A stretch of 64,000 nt of DNA from Octopus sinensis (GCF_006345805.1 NC_042997.1:207142001-207206000); one strand, 5' to 3'. Positions 22,664 through 35,489 are shown, counted from the first letter of the stretch. The notes: generated by a model not told the origin, from the letters alone. Made by a program: numbers and translations.

Positions 22664-25150
22664 ACTTAGACTTAGATAAACTTAGATATGTTTCGACCAG
22701 AGATTGGTCCAGGCCATGTCTAACTTAATAGCACCACCTGATAGGATTATTCGAATCCTGTTTAAGTCAAGTTTTGTTCAAGTAGTGAGTTCTTGTTGGG
22801 TGAGTTGTATCCAGTTTTGTTCAAGTAGTGAGTTCTTGTTGGGTGAGTTGTATCCAATTATGGGTGGCTTATCTGGTATTCTTTGAAGGAATCTATCCAG
22901 ACCCTGTTTAAAGTTGAGGGATCCTTTTCCTCTTTGATCTCCCTCGGGACAATGTTAAATAGGGCAGGGCCTGTTGAGGAAAAGAAATTATGTTGCAGTG
23001 TACATGTATGTTGTGATCTTGAATTTGGCAGGGGACGTATAGCCCGTGGTCCAAGTCTTGGATGAACCTTGAAGCTAATGTTTAGGTCGTTTGGGCATAG
23101 TTGGCGGTATATTCTCCACATCGTACAAATGATGTACCGCTCATGGAGACGCTGGAGAGAGTAGAGTTTCAAGGCTTTAAGGCGATCCCAATAATCGAGA
23201 GCAGCCATGCCTTCAATTTGTTTAGTGAGAGCCCTCTGGGGTGACTCAATTCTGGAGATGTTTTGTCTTGTGTGAGGAGACCACAGTGGGCAGCAGTATT
23301 CAAGGTGTGGCCGTACAAAGGAGGAAAAAAGTGGTATGATGACACCTTGTTCTCTGGACCGGAAAGTTCTTAAGATCCAGGAACTCATCCTACAAGCTAT
23401 ATCGACCTTCTTGATGTGTGCACTCCAACTGAGATCGTCATCAACAATTACACCCAGGTCTCTGATATTGTTAGAGGCTGTGAGCGGTTCCCCTGAAGGA
23501 AGAGAGTATGGCTGTTTTAGTGAGGAATTTCTTCCAAAATGCATCAGTTCAAATTTTCCCTCATTCAGTTGCATTTTGTTTCTGTCTGCCCATTGACTCA
23601 CAGCACATAGATCAGACTGGAGTTGAGTTCGGTCTGCTTCTTCATTGACGATTTGCTGGAGCTTAGTGTCATCAGCGAATATTTTCACTTTGCAGTAATG
23701 TACGACACTGGAAAGGTCGTTTACGTAAATTATGAAGAGTAGCGGACCCAAAACAGTTCCCTGGGGGAACACCGCTGGTGACTTTTGCTGGGTTTGAGTG
23801 GACTCCATCAACTATAACATGTTGTGTTCTATTCGCCAGGAAATACTGAATCCAGTGTAGAACTTTTCCACGGATTCCAACATTTGCCAATTTTGAGAGT
23901 AGGATGTTATGGTCTACCCTGTCGAACGCTTTACTGAAGTCAAGATATATGACGTCAAAGTTCGAACCTGTTCCCAAGGCTTAGAGTACATCTTCAATGT
24001 GGTGTAAGAGCTGTGTTAGAAAGTCCCTGCCACAGCGAAAGCCATGCTGATTTGAATTTAGGAGTTTGTGGGTCTCCAGGAAGTCAGCTATCCTTGATCT
24101 TAACACTCTTTCAAACACTTTAATGATGTGGGAGGTGAGTGAGATTGGGCGATAGTTGACTGCGAGGGATCTGTTTCCCTGTTTGAAAACCGGGATGACC
24201 GACTGGGATAGAAACTGTTTTGGTATATAACCTGCATCTAACGAGTTTCTCCAGAGGTTGGTCAGAGGGACTGCAAGTTGATATCTACATTCCTTCAGGA
24301 GACTAGCGGGAAATCTATCAGGGCCTACAGCAGAATAGTATTTGACCTCATTTATTGCTGCTACGATGTCGGTGGCAGTGAAGGTTATGTCTGCGATTTT
24401 GTGTTGGGAGTCAACTTCGTTCGTTTCCCTCACTTCAATATCAGTGGGAACACTGAAGACAGAGCAATATTGTTTCTGCAGTATGGGTGAGACAGTGGTT
24501 CTATGCTTATTTGCATAAGAATAGAACACTTTTGGGTTCTGTTTGATGTTTTTGATTACCCATTGTTCCTCCACAGCTCTTTGATTTTCAATGGAGGTTT
24601 TCATGTTAGTCTGCAGATGAAGTTTTTCCAGCTCTAGCCTTTTCATTGTTGTTGAATGTGGATGTTGTATGAGGGAATATTTTAATTGGTTGATTTTTTT
24701 GTTGAGTCTTTTGATGCGCCTGATGAGTGTTTTTTTCTTTTTAGGGAGCCGGTTTCTGTTTGTGTTAGTAGATTTCTTGGGAGTGTGTTTAGAGCATGTA
24801 TAGGTGACAATGTTTTCAAAGTGCTGCCACGCGGTCTCAATATGAAGGGAATTGAGAGTAAAAGACCAGTCGATGGAAGACAAATCCTTTCTGATTGTTC
24901 CCCAGTCCACTTTGTGGAAGTTTATGTTGTCAAATGGGTGCCATGGAGTGGGATTGGCTGGTTTGGTTTTTATATGTCGGGAATTAAGATTGCAGAGTAC
25001 CATGTTGTGGTCTGAGAGGAGAGTTTTTTCGACTGAAATGCTGTGAACGTAGCTAGAGTGATTGGTCAATACCAGATCCAGATCCATATATATAAGATTC
25101 CAATACCTTATGAGTAAAATCCAATAGTATTTAAAATTGGTCATTCCAAG
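22664..25150 (-). mobile_element. CR1-like LINE, frameshifted RT fragment with (TCTAAG)n-like tail
   Basis: SDHNMV, GPDRFPA, NYRPISLT, QHGFR, YLDFSKAFDRVDH, PQGTVLGPLLF, FADDTK, RPHLEYCCPLWSP. Confidence 0.92.
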
Positions 25151-25826
25151 TATAGAGTTTATACACAGTGTTATTGAATCAAGGGTTTTATTTAAAGTGA
25201 CCTAAAAATAGGGATCCTTTTCATAGTGTCAAATTGAAAACAGGAAGAGAAGAATAAGGAAAGAAAAAGAAGGGAAAAAAGAAGAAAGTAAGAAGAAAAT
25301 AATGAAATAATAAAATAAAAAAACAGGAAGTGAGGAATAAAGGAAAGAAGAAAATAAGAGAAAAGAAAAAGAAAGATATAGATAAGGGAAAGTGTACCAG
25401 TTAGGGGTCAGTGGAAATAATTTGAAAGTAGGAGTGGGGAGATAAAGGGTGATGGAGAGAGAAAGGTATTAGAGTGTAAAAAGTTAGAAGGAATTGGGGG
25501 TGTGGGGCTAAGAGGTAAAGGAGTGACAAATGTGTAGTGGTAGAGTCTCAGTGTAGGGGCAGAGAGGTGGGGTTAGTAGTATGAAGAATTAAGGAATTTG
25601 TTTGGTTAAGGCAGTTCAGTGCTTAGCAATATAAGAAAATATATATGTGAAGATGTATACACATGTATATATCAGACGTGTATATATATATATATGCATA
25701 TTTATACATATGTTTATAGATATATATATATCTCCTTCTTTCCTTCTTTCCTGAGCGTCCAATAATACTATATTTGTCCAACGTCCTCGCGTTGTTGTGT
25801 TTTTTTGTGCTTTCTTGTTTGGATTA

Positions 25827-25863
<37 letters not shown>

Positions 25864-26227
25864 GGTGAAATATAATTAATTTAATGAAATCAATAAATTT
25901 CACCAAGTAGTCTTTCAAATATGGTCCTATATATATATAGAGAAAAGAAGTTTCGGTAAGATAGAATTATTTATTATTTAATATTTAATATTTAATTCGT
26001 ATGCTTTCCTTAAAACTTGATTTCGAAACGTACGTCCGTGGATAACTAAAAAAATGTATGATAGATTGCAGTCAATTCATTCTCTCTTACCTGTTTGTGT
26101 CTGCCTTCCAAATGCTGTTTTTACTGAGATCTCCCTTTTTAGTAGAAGAAATAGCTATAACCCTTTGACTGCTATTTCTAAATTCGGTATGTGGTAAGGC
26201 AACTCGTTGCTAAACCCTTATTGCTTA

Positions 26228-26262
<35 letters not shown>

Positions 26263-26263
<1 letters not shown>

Positions 26264-27201
26264 GAGAAAGAAGCAACAAGAATGGATTGGTTTTTAGTAC
26301 AATTGTTTCATACAAAGATAGGCTTTATTACAAGTTGCAAAAATTGCAGCAGATAAAAGTGTCCCGTACTCATCAGCTAAAATACATTTGAGTTCTCTAG
26401 ACAAGTGGGTGAGGTTATACTCATGAAATATTGGAGATAGTTCCATTAGAGGCAGATATAGGTTGTAAACAGTTTTCCAAAGTTCCTTAATGATGATGCA
26501 CAGTCTTATCACAGATTTTTAAAAGCTTATTAGTTTCGAAGAGAAGATGTATCAATCCATAGTGTGGATTTAAATTTCCAGAGATATGAGGAGGATGATG
26601 CACAGACTTATCACAGGTTTTTAAAGACTTATTAGCTTCACAGAAAAGGTGAATTAATCCATTGTGAAGATTTACATTTCCAGTGGTAAGATGAGGAATT
26701 TCATACTCACAGACGATGTATTTAACCATTATTAATCCACAATCATTTCATGCTATATGATAAGGTAATTTGCCATGTTATTGCTCTCCGTGCAAAACTG
26801 CTATGTTGATATTTCTAAAGGCTGAAGGAATTTATTTGTGGGGCAAAGTAAATAAAATAAAAGAAAAAGGAAAGAGACAAGGAAAAAAGAAAAAGAAAAA
26901 GGAGAAGAAGAAATAAGGAAAAGAAAAAGAAAAAGAAAAAGAAAAAAGAAAAAAGAAAGAGAAACGGGGGGGAGAAGGATAGAAAAGAAAAAGAAAGAGA
27001 AAAAGAAAAAGAAAAAAGAAAAAGAAGAAAAAGGAAAAGAAAAAAAGAAAAAGTGGAATGGGGAGAAAAGAAAAGGCGCCTATATAGAGTATACTGGGAC
27101 AACTTAGCGGGAGGGGTTTTTTTTGCAACTTGTAATAAAGCCTGTCTTTGTATGAAACAATTGTACTAAAAACCAATCCATTCTTGTTGCTTCTTTCTCG
27201 T
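26263..27201. repeat. Inverted repeat pair of about 85 bp (26263-26345 and 27118-27201) enclosing a purine-rich (GAAAAA)n tract
   Basis: CGAGAAAGAAGCAACAAGAATGGATTGG..GTTGCAAAAA and its reverse complement. Confidence 0.85.
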
Positions 27202-27315
27202 TTATAATCACCCCACATTACTGTATGGATAACACCATATAGTTTTTCTGGTGCATCTAAGTTAAGTACCACATTCAAGTAAATTCATTGGAAGTTACTT
27301 GAATCTTAATTGCTT

Positions 27316-27358
<43 letters not shown>

Positions 27359-27419
27359 TTATAGATATCTCAATATTCACACATACACAATCTTACACAT
27401 ACAATCCTTACTCACATGC

Positions 27420-27450
<31 letters not shown>

Positions 27451-27534
27451 TTATAGATATCTCAATATTCACACATACACAATCTTACACATACAATCCT
27501 TACTCACATGCATATATATATATATATATATATA

Positions 27535-28595
27535 TTAATAAATGAAATAAAACATATGAAATAAATGAATAGAAGATTTGGAGATGATGTACAGATATCT
27601 TATATTAGAAGAAATGAGGTATTTTGAAATTCAGATGGTTTTATATTTACAGATATTTATTTGTATATTACATGTTTTTATACATCATATATCATATATT
27701 AGCGCTTTCGTCCATTCTAGTGGAGTTTCAAATTGAACTAAGTTCTTGGGGAAAATTAGACTATTTTTATAGTGTTATTGAGTGTGTAGTGGTGGGGAGG
27801 GATATATGATAGTACAAGAGGGTGATGAATGGGGAGAAAGTGAGAGAGAGCAAACACACACTCTCTCTCTCTCTCTCACAAGACAATGATAAAAAGGAAA
27901 TACAAACAATTTATTCAAAAGTGACACTTTGCTACCCTTGGAGAAAACAACTGGATTTTCAATCAAGAAGCCAAGAAGCCAAGAAGAATTATTATTATTG
28001 ACAAACCTACCAAGTGCAAGGAAATCAACAAAATTTCTCCCCTTCTACTTCCTTTCCTTCTTTTTCCTTGATACCTCTTTCAGATACAAACACACAGACA
28101 CACACACACACACACACAAACTCTCTCTCTCTCTCATGCCACCCTTGGAGTAAACATCCTGACCAGCCACAAAAAGAGCAAGAAAACAATTTTTTCTTCT
28201 TTCTCTCCCTTTTCTTCCTTTCCTTCTTTTTCTTTAACACTCTTTTCAGATACAAACACACACACACACACACATGCTCTCTCTCACTTTCTCCCCATTC
28301 CTCACTATCTTGTACTATCTTATATCCCTCCCCACCACTACACACTCAAAAACACTATAAAAATAGTCTAATTTTCCCCAAGAACTTAGTTCAATTTGAA
28401 AACTCCACTAGAATGGACGAAAGCGCTAATATATGATATATGATGTATAAAAACATGTAATATACAAATAAATATCTGTAAATATAAAACCATCTGAATT
28501 TCAAAATACCTCATCTCTTCTAATATAAGATATCTGTACATCATCTCCAAATCTTCTATTCATTTATTTCATATGTTTTATTTCATTTATTAATA
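27535..28595. repeat. Long inverted repeat, arms about 27535-27850 and 28277-28595
   Basis: Arms are near-identical reverse complements with few mismatches by eye; spacer about 430 bp. Confidence 0.92.
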
Positions 28596-28768
28596 TATAT
28601 ATATAATATATATATACAATTCATAAATGAGGGCAAAGGAAAACGATTCTAATGCCAAATATGCCGAAAAATTGGACATATAGTCCATTAACCATATAAT
28701 TTTTTCACAATACACATGCTACTTGAACAAAGGCCGACAGAAATTTCTAAAAAGTTCCATTATTACCA

Positions 28769-28821
28769 TATCGGACCGATTTCAGGGTTAGCTACTAAGA
28801 GCCTTCTCTTCGTCAGTGATA
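28769..28821 (-). ncRNA. Minimal hammerhead motif
   Basis: Minus strand: TATCA-CTGACGA-AGAGAAGGCT..AGCTAACCCT-GAAA-TCGG-TC-CGATA. Confidence 0.6.
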
Positions 28822-29156
28822 CATGTGGCAAAAGAAATAAATGAGATACTTACTCATACCCATGGAAGAAGCAAATACTAAGTCACGGGCACAACTAAGT
28901 ACCCCAAATACATCCAACATAGAAATACTCCAGCCCATTCGAGGCATGTGCGATTTGAACTGAGGCTCTCACAGAATGAGTTAGTTAGTTCGGAAATGAA
29001 CGTTTGAATTTATATCAGTTCAAATCGCACGTGCCTCGAATGGGCTGGAGTATTTCTATGTTGGATGTATTTGGGGTACTTAGTTGTGCCCGTGACTTAG
29101 TATTTGCTTCTTCCATGGGTATGAGTAAGTATCTCATTTATTTCTTTTGCCACATG

Positions 29157-29209
29157 TATCACTGACGAAGAGGGGGCTCTTAGTAGCTAACTCTGAAATC
29201 GGTCCGACA
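29157..29209 (+). ncRNA. Minimal hammerhead motif
   Basis: TATCA-CTGACGA-AGAG..GCT(CTTAGT)AGC..CTCT-GAAA-TCGG-TC-CGACA; cleavage triplet GUC. Confidence 0.6.
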
Positions 29210-29480
29210 TGGTAATAATGGAACTTTTTAGAAATTTCTGTCGGCCTTTGTTTGAGTAGCGTGCGTATTGTGAAAAAAATTATATAGTTAATGGACAATA
29301 TGTCCAATTTTTCGGCATATTTGGCATTAGAATTTTTTCCTTTGCCCTCATTTATGAATTGTTTATAAATTTAACCATTAAAGGTACTTTTTAATATGCT
29401 GGCCATTGATAAAATTTTTTGGGAGAATATATTTTTTTTCAAAAAGAATTTTATCCTCACATTTGATATATATATATAAT

Positions 29481-29546
<66 letters not shown>

Positions 29547-29574
29547 ATATATGTTGGTATTTGTTTCTTTTCAG

Positions 29575-29711
29575 AAACCACATCTTCAAACCCATCCCCT
29601 CTTCATCCACAACAGAAAGTACCCTCCATGATACCCAGAACTAATGTGACATCCAGAGAAAATGCTGGCATTAAAATAAACCTAATGCCTGATTCAATTT
29701 CTAATGCATCT
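29575..29711 (+). CDS. Host gene exon: Ser/Pro-rich linker and start of a macrodomain (PARP14/15-like)
   Basis: TTTCTTTTCAG acceptor, GTGAGT donor, phase 1 to 0. Encodes (E)TTSSNPSPLHPQQKVPSMIPRTNVTSRENAGIKINLMPDSISNAS and splices in frame to the next exon. Confidence 0.75.
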
Positions 29712-29992
29712 GTGAGTAAATAGATTCATGTAACTTATTTATATTTAATTGTTATTTCATTTCCAAATAAGGAATCATTACAGTTAATTAAAACATTTTC
29801 TCAATCAAATTCAAACATTTTATTTCCTTCACATCTGATATCTTGAGTATATCTTTTGCGAACTTTAAGAACCTCAAACTTACTACAGCCATTCTGTAGA
29901 GCCTTTCTTAACAACAATATCAACTGCAACAATGTATTTCTCTTCTCTCCATGGAATGTTCCTTAGTTGTTTACCATAAATTTCTTTTGTAG

Positions 29993-30220
29993 GTTGATGT
30001 CATCGTTAACAGCACCAATAAAAACCTCCAGCTTAATGATGGTTCTATTTCCAAATTTATTCTCAATGCTGCTGGTCCCCAGATACAAAGCGAATGTAGC
30101 CAGAAATATCCTCAAGGTATTTCTACATCTAACATAGCCATTACTAAAGGATATAACCTCAAATGTAAGAATGTATTTCATCTGGTATTACCTTCCTGGG
30201 ATGAAAATTCTTCTGATTCA
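29993..30220 (+). CDS. Host gene exon: macrodomain N-terminal half (PARP14/15-like)
   Basis: TTTTGTAG acceptor, GTAAGT donor, 228 nt, phase 0/0. Encodes VDVIVNSTNKNLQLNDGSISKFILNAAGPQIQSECSQKYPQGISTSNIAITKGYNLKCKNVFHLVLPSWDENSSDS. Absent from the ORF track. Confidence 0.9.
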
Positions 30221-30829
30221 GTAAGTATCAATCATATGACATTGATTTATTGAAGCAGTTAATGTTTGAAGAGAACCTTATGCATGTTGTGTGAGAATCA
30301 TAAAGCAAATGACAGCATCCTGTTTAATATTTGTTCTTCCAAGTTATCATTGGAAGGAAGCAGAAGATATCGATGAACAGGACACTTTTATATATAATAG
30401 AAGGAAAAAAGCCTCATGGCCTAACAACAGTTATGTGACTGATAAATAAGACTATATTAAAACATATTTCTGTGTTTTACTGTCTGTATTGGTGAGTTTT
30501 TCTCTGTCATGGCACGAGCACTAGAGAGGTTGTCATGTCCTCAACAACACTAAAGACTCCTCTTGGGTCTGCATTGTCTCTCTTCATTCACTAACCATTT
30601 TACACGGTGGATTGAGTCTGTTTTATTGTAGCAGCAACATGAGTGAGGTTGCATTGTCTCTTGCAGGACAAAAGAGTGATAGGAATGACAGTTGTGTTTA
30701 GAAGTGGTAGGAGTGAGAGGAATTGTGAGAGGAGGATATATTTATTACAACTTAATGGTTTCTTCCTGTAATAAGAAAATAATTTAATAAAATGTCTATT
30801 ACTATTTACTAGACACTTATTTTTTTTAG

Positions 30830-31057
30830 ATTCTGGCAAACTTGACTCAAATAATAACCATTTGTCTGGAAACTGCTGAGAAAATGGGTGCAAAAAGCCT
30901 TGCATTTCCTATATTAGGGGCTGGGACATTGAAGTACCCCATTGAAAACCTACCCAGAACAATGTATGAAGCAGTGAAAAACTACTCAATTCAAAATTCA
31001 AGCCAGATCAAAGATGTTTACTTTGTGGTTTATCCTCAAGACACAGAAATTCTGAAG
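30830..31057 (+). CDS. Host gene exon: macrodomain C-terminal half (PARP14/15-like)
   Basis: TTTTTTTAG acceptor, GTTGGT donor, 228 nt, phase 0/0. Encodes ILANLTQIITICLETAEKMGAKSLAFPILGAGTLKYP..MYEAVKNY..IKDVYFVVYPQDTEILK. Confidence 0.9.
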
Positions 31058-31360
31058 GTTGGTTGATGTATTTGTTGTTTGTTGTTTTATGTTGATATTC
31101 TTGGAATTTACCAAAAAACAATATTCTACAAGAAACAAAGGAAATAGAAATGATCCTCATTTACAGCCCTTGTTCCATTTTGGAATGGGTGCAGGTTTAT
31201 CCTCAAGACACAGAAATTCTGAAGGTTGGTTGATGTATTTGTTGTTTGTTGTTTTATGTTGATATTCTTGGAATTTACCAAAAAACAATATTCTACAAGA
31301 AACAAAGGAAATAGAAATGATCCTCATTTACAGCCCTTGTTCCATTTTGGAATGGGTGCA
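31027..31360 (+). repeat. 167-bp tandem duplication spanning an exon end and its donor site
   Basis: 31027-31193 is repeated at 31194-31360. Confidence 0.95.
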
Positions 31361-31384
31361 ACATTTTGACTGGCCTCAATGAGC

Positions 31385-31500
31385 CACAAGGGTTTATTGA
31401 ACCCCAGTGTCTGCTTTGGCATGGTTTCTATGGCTGGATGCCATTCCTAATGCCAACCACTTCACAGCATGTCCTGGGTACCTTTCTTCATGCTACATTT
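31385..31500 (-). mobile_element. Decayed RTE-family 3' tail
   Basis: GTTTCTATGGCTGGATGCCATTCCTAATGCCAACCACT matches the reverse-complemented tail. Confidence 0.7.
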
Positions 31501-32691
31501 AATGCTGTTCATTATGTCTTGTTGTGCTTTATCCTTTCATTATACCATTTCCCATCACCAAATTCTTGCTTCTGAAATATTCCATTGAAGCATTTGAAGC
31601 TAAGAATGTTTTGCTTGTTGTTGTTGTTGTTATTGTTTGACCCTGAGTCAGTTGTGATTCATCAGCCTGAAGGTCAAAGATGCTTGTATGTCTTTCTTCT
31701 CTTCTTTTCTTCCTCCTCCTCTTCCAAGCTGCCGCACCCAAGATCCACTTCACAATGCCACACCAATTATTTCTGCTCCACCTTCCCCCTTTCTCTCTGT
31801 TTCTTGTTCTGTGACTCTTTAAAACATCTTGTAAATTTACTGTCAAGGAGAATTTGAAGCTCTTCACCCTGAAGAAGGCCAACCTTGTCCACTTTGAAAT
31901 ATCAAATTTGCTGTCGCTCTGTAGTTTGTTTCTGATATTTGTTATTGATCTTCTCTAATTAAGAAGCTGTATCCCTTAATTTGCTGCTTTTGTATACATG
32001 CACCAAGAAGAAATCATACGTTATTTTAATGAGATATGTCCTGTAATCACCTGAGGGGACACATCTACACCAACAGATCCATCAAAACCAGACTTTCAGT
32101 ATCCCACCTGTGAGGGATCAATGCTATATGCTTGACACAATTGTCGTGATCAATGAACTTCCTCATATTTTCCAAATTCCATCACACAGTGTGGAGTGAC
32201 AGGTGTCCAGATGTTAGTGCTGATGTGGTTGAAGAAATTTCTGACAGCCATGATAGGATTCTCCTGCATGTTTGACATGATACAGAGTCCTGTTGCCAGA
32301 CAAAGGCTCTTCTTGCAGCCAACCTCTTGACTTAGGGCAGCACAACCTCCTCCAGACAGACTGAATGGAGGCATAACATGTACATTACTAGTGAGTGATC
32401 TCTCCAAACACCATGATGTTGACTGGATGCATTATCTTTATCACTCTCGGTACATGTCCTCAGATTATTGAGGGTCAGTTGGGCACCATCTGTGAGAAAA
32501 ACAGCACTATGACACAATTCACTCTGCCGTGAATTTAGCCATGCTATAATGCTTGGTATTCATGACAGAAACACCAATGTGAACATTTCAGAATGTGTGT
32601 ATGGAAATAGATTTCCACCTTGGCATCCGAAACTCAGAGTTTTATCTTTGCTACCGAATAATTGTCACATATTATAGTTACCTATATATAT

Positions 32692-33539
32692 ATGACCTCT
32701 GAGGGGATGCCGTCTTTTCCCGGAGCCTTATTTCTTGCTAGGAAGTCAACAGCCTTGGTGAGCTCTGCTATAGATGGCGGACTGTCAAGTTCGCACATGA
32801 CTGGCAAGATCTTGACACTCTCGACTGCAGCCTCAGCCACTGTGGTCTCCCGTGAGTAGAGATCCTGGTAGTGCTCCACCCATCTATCCATTTGCTTGCC
32901 TTGATCCCTGATGAGATCTCCAGTAGTTGATTTCAGAGGGGCTGACTTGGTTGCGGATGGACCGAGGGCCTTCTTCAAACCGGCATACATCCCACGGGTG
33001 TCGCCCCTGTCAGCAGCTGACTGGATACTCTGACAGATTTCCTGCCAATACCTATTTGAACAGCGTCTGGCTGTCAGTTGGGTTTTATTTCGTGCCTTTC
33101 TGAGTTCTTCGAGTGACTTTGTAGAAGAGTCACTCTTGTATTGCACCAGAGCTGCACGCTTTGCTTCGATAACTGGCTCCAGCTCTGAGAGCCTAGCATT
33201 GAACCAATCTGGGTTTTGCCTTTCTCTCATGCCGAAAGTATCCAATGATGTCGTATACAAGGCTTCCCTGATATAGTCCCACCTACTTTCAGCAGAGGAG
33301 GTTGGGCAGCTACTGAGGGCAACCTTGATAGAAGCAGCAAAACATTTTCGCAGTGTAGGGTCCGAGGTTCTGGCGGTGTTGATGCGTGGTCGGCCCACTT
33401 TCTTGGAGCGATGGACTTTTTTAGGGAGAATCCTCACCCTGCTTCTAATTAGTGAGTGGTCTGTGTCACAATCCGCACTGTGGTAACTGCGGGTCAATAG
33501 AGTAGAATTCAGAAAGGATCTCTGTGTAATGATGAGATC
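32692..33539 (-). mobile_element. Inverted 5' segment of a BovB-like RTE LINE (APE end plus linker)
   Basis: Minus-strand translation: DLIITQRSFLNS..DCDTDHSLI..KAPGKDGIPSEV. Confidence 0.9.
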
Positions 33540-35290
33540 CAAAGCTGGCAAAAACACCATCCTGCTTCGGCACCTTCATGAGCTTCTGTGTCAGTGCTGG
33601 GAAGAGGGTACAGTCCCTCAGGATATGTGGGATGCCAACATCATTACGCTCTACAAAAACAAAGGTGACCGTGGTGATTGTAACAATTACCGTGGTATAT
33701 CCCTTCTAAGCACTGTTGGAAAGACCTTTGCCCGCGTTATCCTGACCAGGCTACAACTACTTGCTTCTCGATTCTATCCGGAATCGCAGTGTGGCTTTAG
33801 AAGAAGCAGATCAACTATCGATATGATATTCTCCATACGCCAACATCAGGAGAAGTCCAGAGAGCAGAAAATGCCATTATATATGGCCTTCATTGATCTA
33901 ACAAAGGCTTTTGACTCGGTAAGCAGAACAGGCCTCTTCATCCTGCTCCAAAAACTCGGATGTCCACCAAAGCTGCTGAGGATCATCAAGTCTTTCCATG
34001 ATGACATGCAAGGCACCATACAGCACAGCGGTTCAACATCAGCCGCCTTCCAAATAAAAAACGGGGAAAAGCAAGGCTGTGTCCTCGCTCCTACATTGTT
34101 TGGCATCTTCTTCTCACTCTTACTGTCACATGCCTTTCAGACATCAGATGATGGATTGTTTCTGCACAGTAGAAGTGACGGGAAACTGTTCAATCTCTCG
34201 CGCCTGCGTGCCAAGACCAAAATCAGAAACGTCCTGATCAAAGAGATGTTATTTGCTGATGATGCCGCTCTGGTAACACACACAGAAGAAGCCCTCCAAA
34301 GGCTCATTAACTGTTTTGAGCAAGCATGTAACGACTTTGGCTTAGCTATCAGCCTTAAGAAGACCAACATCATGGGCCAGGCTACATCGGACATCCCAAA
34401 CATACATATTGAAGACCACAGATTACAAGAGGTGGAGAAGTTTACCTATCTTGGCTCTACCGTCACCTACAACCTATCCCTTGACGCTGAGCTCAATATA
34501 CGCATTGGCAAGGCAGCTGCTGCGATGGCCCAACTCTCCAAACGGGCTTGGGACAACAATAAGCTGACCAAGACCACAAAAATGAAGATCTACCAGGCAT
34601 GTGTACTCAGCACTCTACTGTATGGAAGCGAGACCTGGACGCTATACACACGCCAAGAGTGTCGCCTAAACATCTTTCACCTGCGCTGCCTCCAAAAAAT
34701 CCTCCACATCAAATGGCAGAATCATATCCCCAACAAAGATGTCCTCAGGCAAGCAGGAATACCAAGCATGTTTGCACTCCTCACACAAAGACGTATGAGA
34801 TGGCTTGGGCATGTTAGCCGTATGAAAGATGGCAGAATCCCCAAGGACATACTCAACGGAGAGCTTGCTAGGGGTACTAGGTCTGTGGGTAGACCGATCT
34901 TACATTACAAGGATGTTTGCAAAAGGGATATGAAGGCCTGCAACATCAACATTAGCGGTTGGGAGGCAGTCGCCAGCAACCGTGGAGAATGGCGACGTAC
35001 AGTAAAAGAGGGTATACAGAGGAGTGACAGAAAGAGAGAGGAGAAATGGAAAGAAAGGAAGAGACATAAACAAGAGACTATGGCACTACAACCAGCCAGG
35101 AACAGTCTTCGCTACATTTGCAGTACCTGCCAGAGGGAGTGTTTGTCCAGGATAGGACTACACAGCCACAGCAAGAAATGTATCAGGAAATAAAATATAA
35201 CAGCCGGACTAGACCTAGAAAAAAAAAAACAAGAAAAAGCGCAACTCCATTGTCTCCCGAGACAGAAAGGATGCCAATACAATACAATAT
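33540..35290 (+). mobile_element. BovB-like RTE LINE, RT and 3' end, with (CAATA)n tail
   Basis: KAGK..LHEL..YKNKGDRGDCNNYRGISLL, QCGFR, FIDLTKAFD, KQGCVLAPTLF, LFADD, FTYLG, C-terminal CSTC..HSHSKKC. Frame is open to the stop at 35193. Confidence 0.93.
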
Positions 35291-35337
35291 ATATATATAT
35301 ATTTATTAACCCCGACTCAACCCGGGACCTACATATA

Positions 35338-35372
<35 letters not shown>

Positions 35373-35489
35373 CGTGTATATGTACATGTAGAGGTAGGTA
35401 CGTACATATATGTTTATATATATGCATATGTTTTATTTTATTTATTAATATATTATATGATGAAACGCACGCACACACGCACGCACCCC

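Larger units (their letters stand above)
28613..29364. repeat. Long inverted repeat, arms about 28613-28963 and 29014-29364, of a hammerhead-bearing PLE-type terminal repeat
   Basis: Arms are reverse complements with a spacer of about 50 bp. A third diverged copy lies at 50355-50650. Confidence 0.92.

Noticed and set aside
26815-27278. Phe/Ser-rich 95-148 aa ORFs resembling membrane proteins
   Set aside because: They are antisense translations of a (GAAAAA)n tract.
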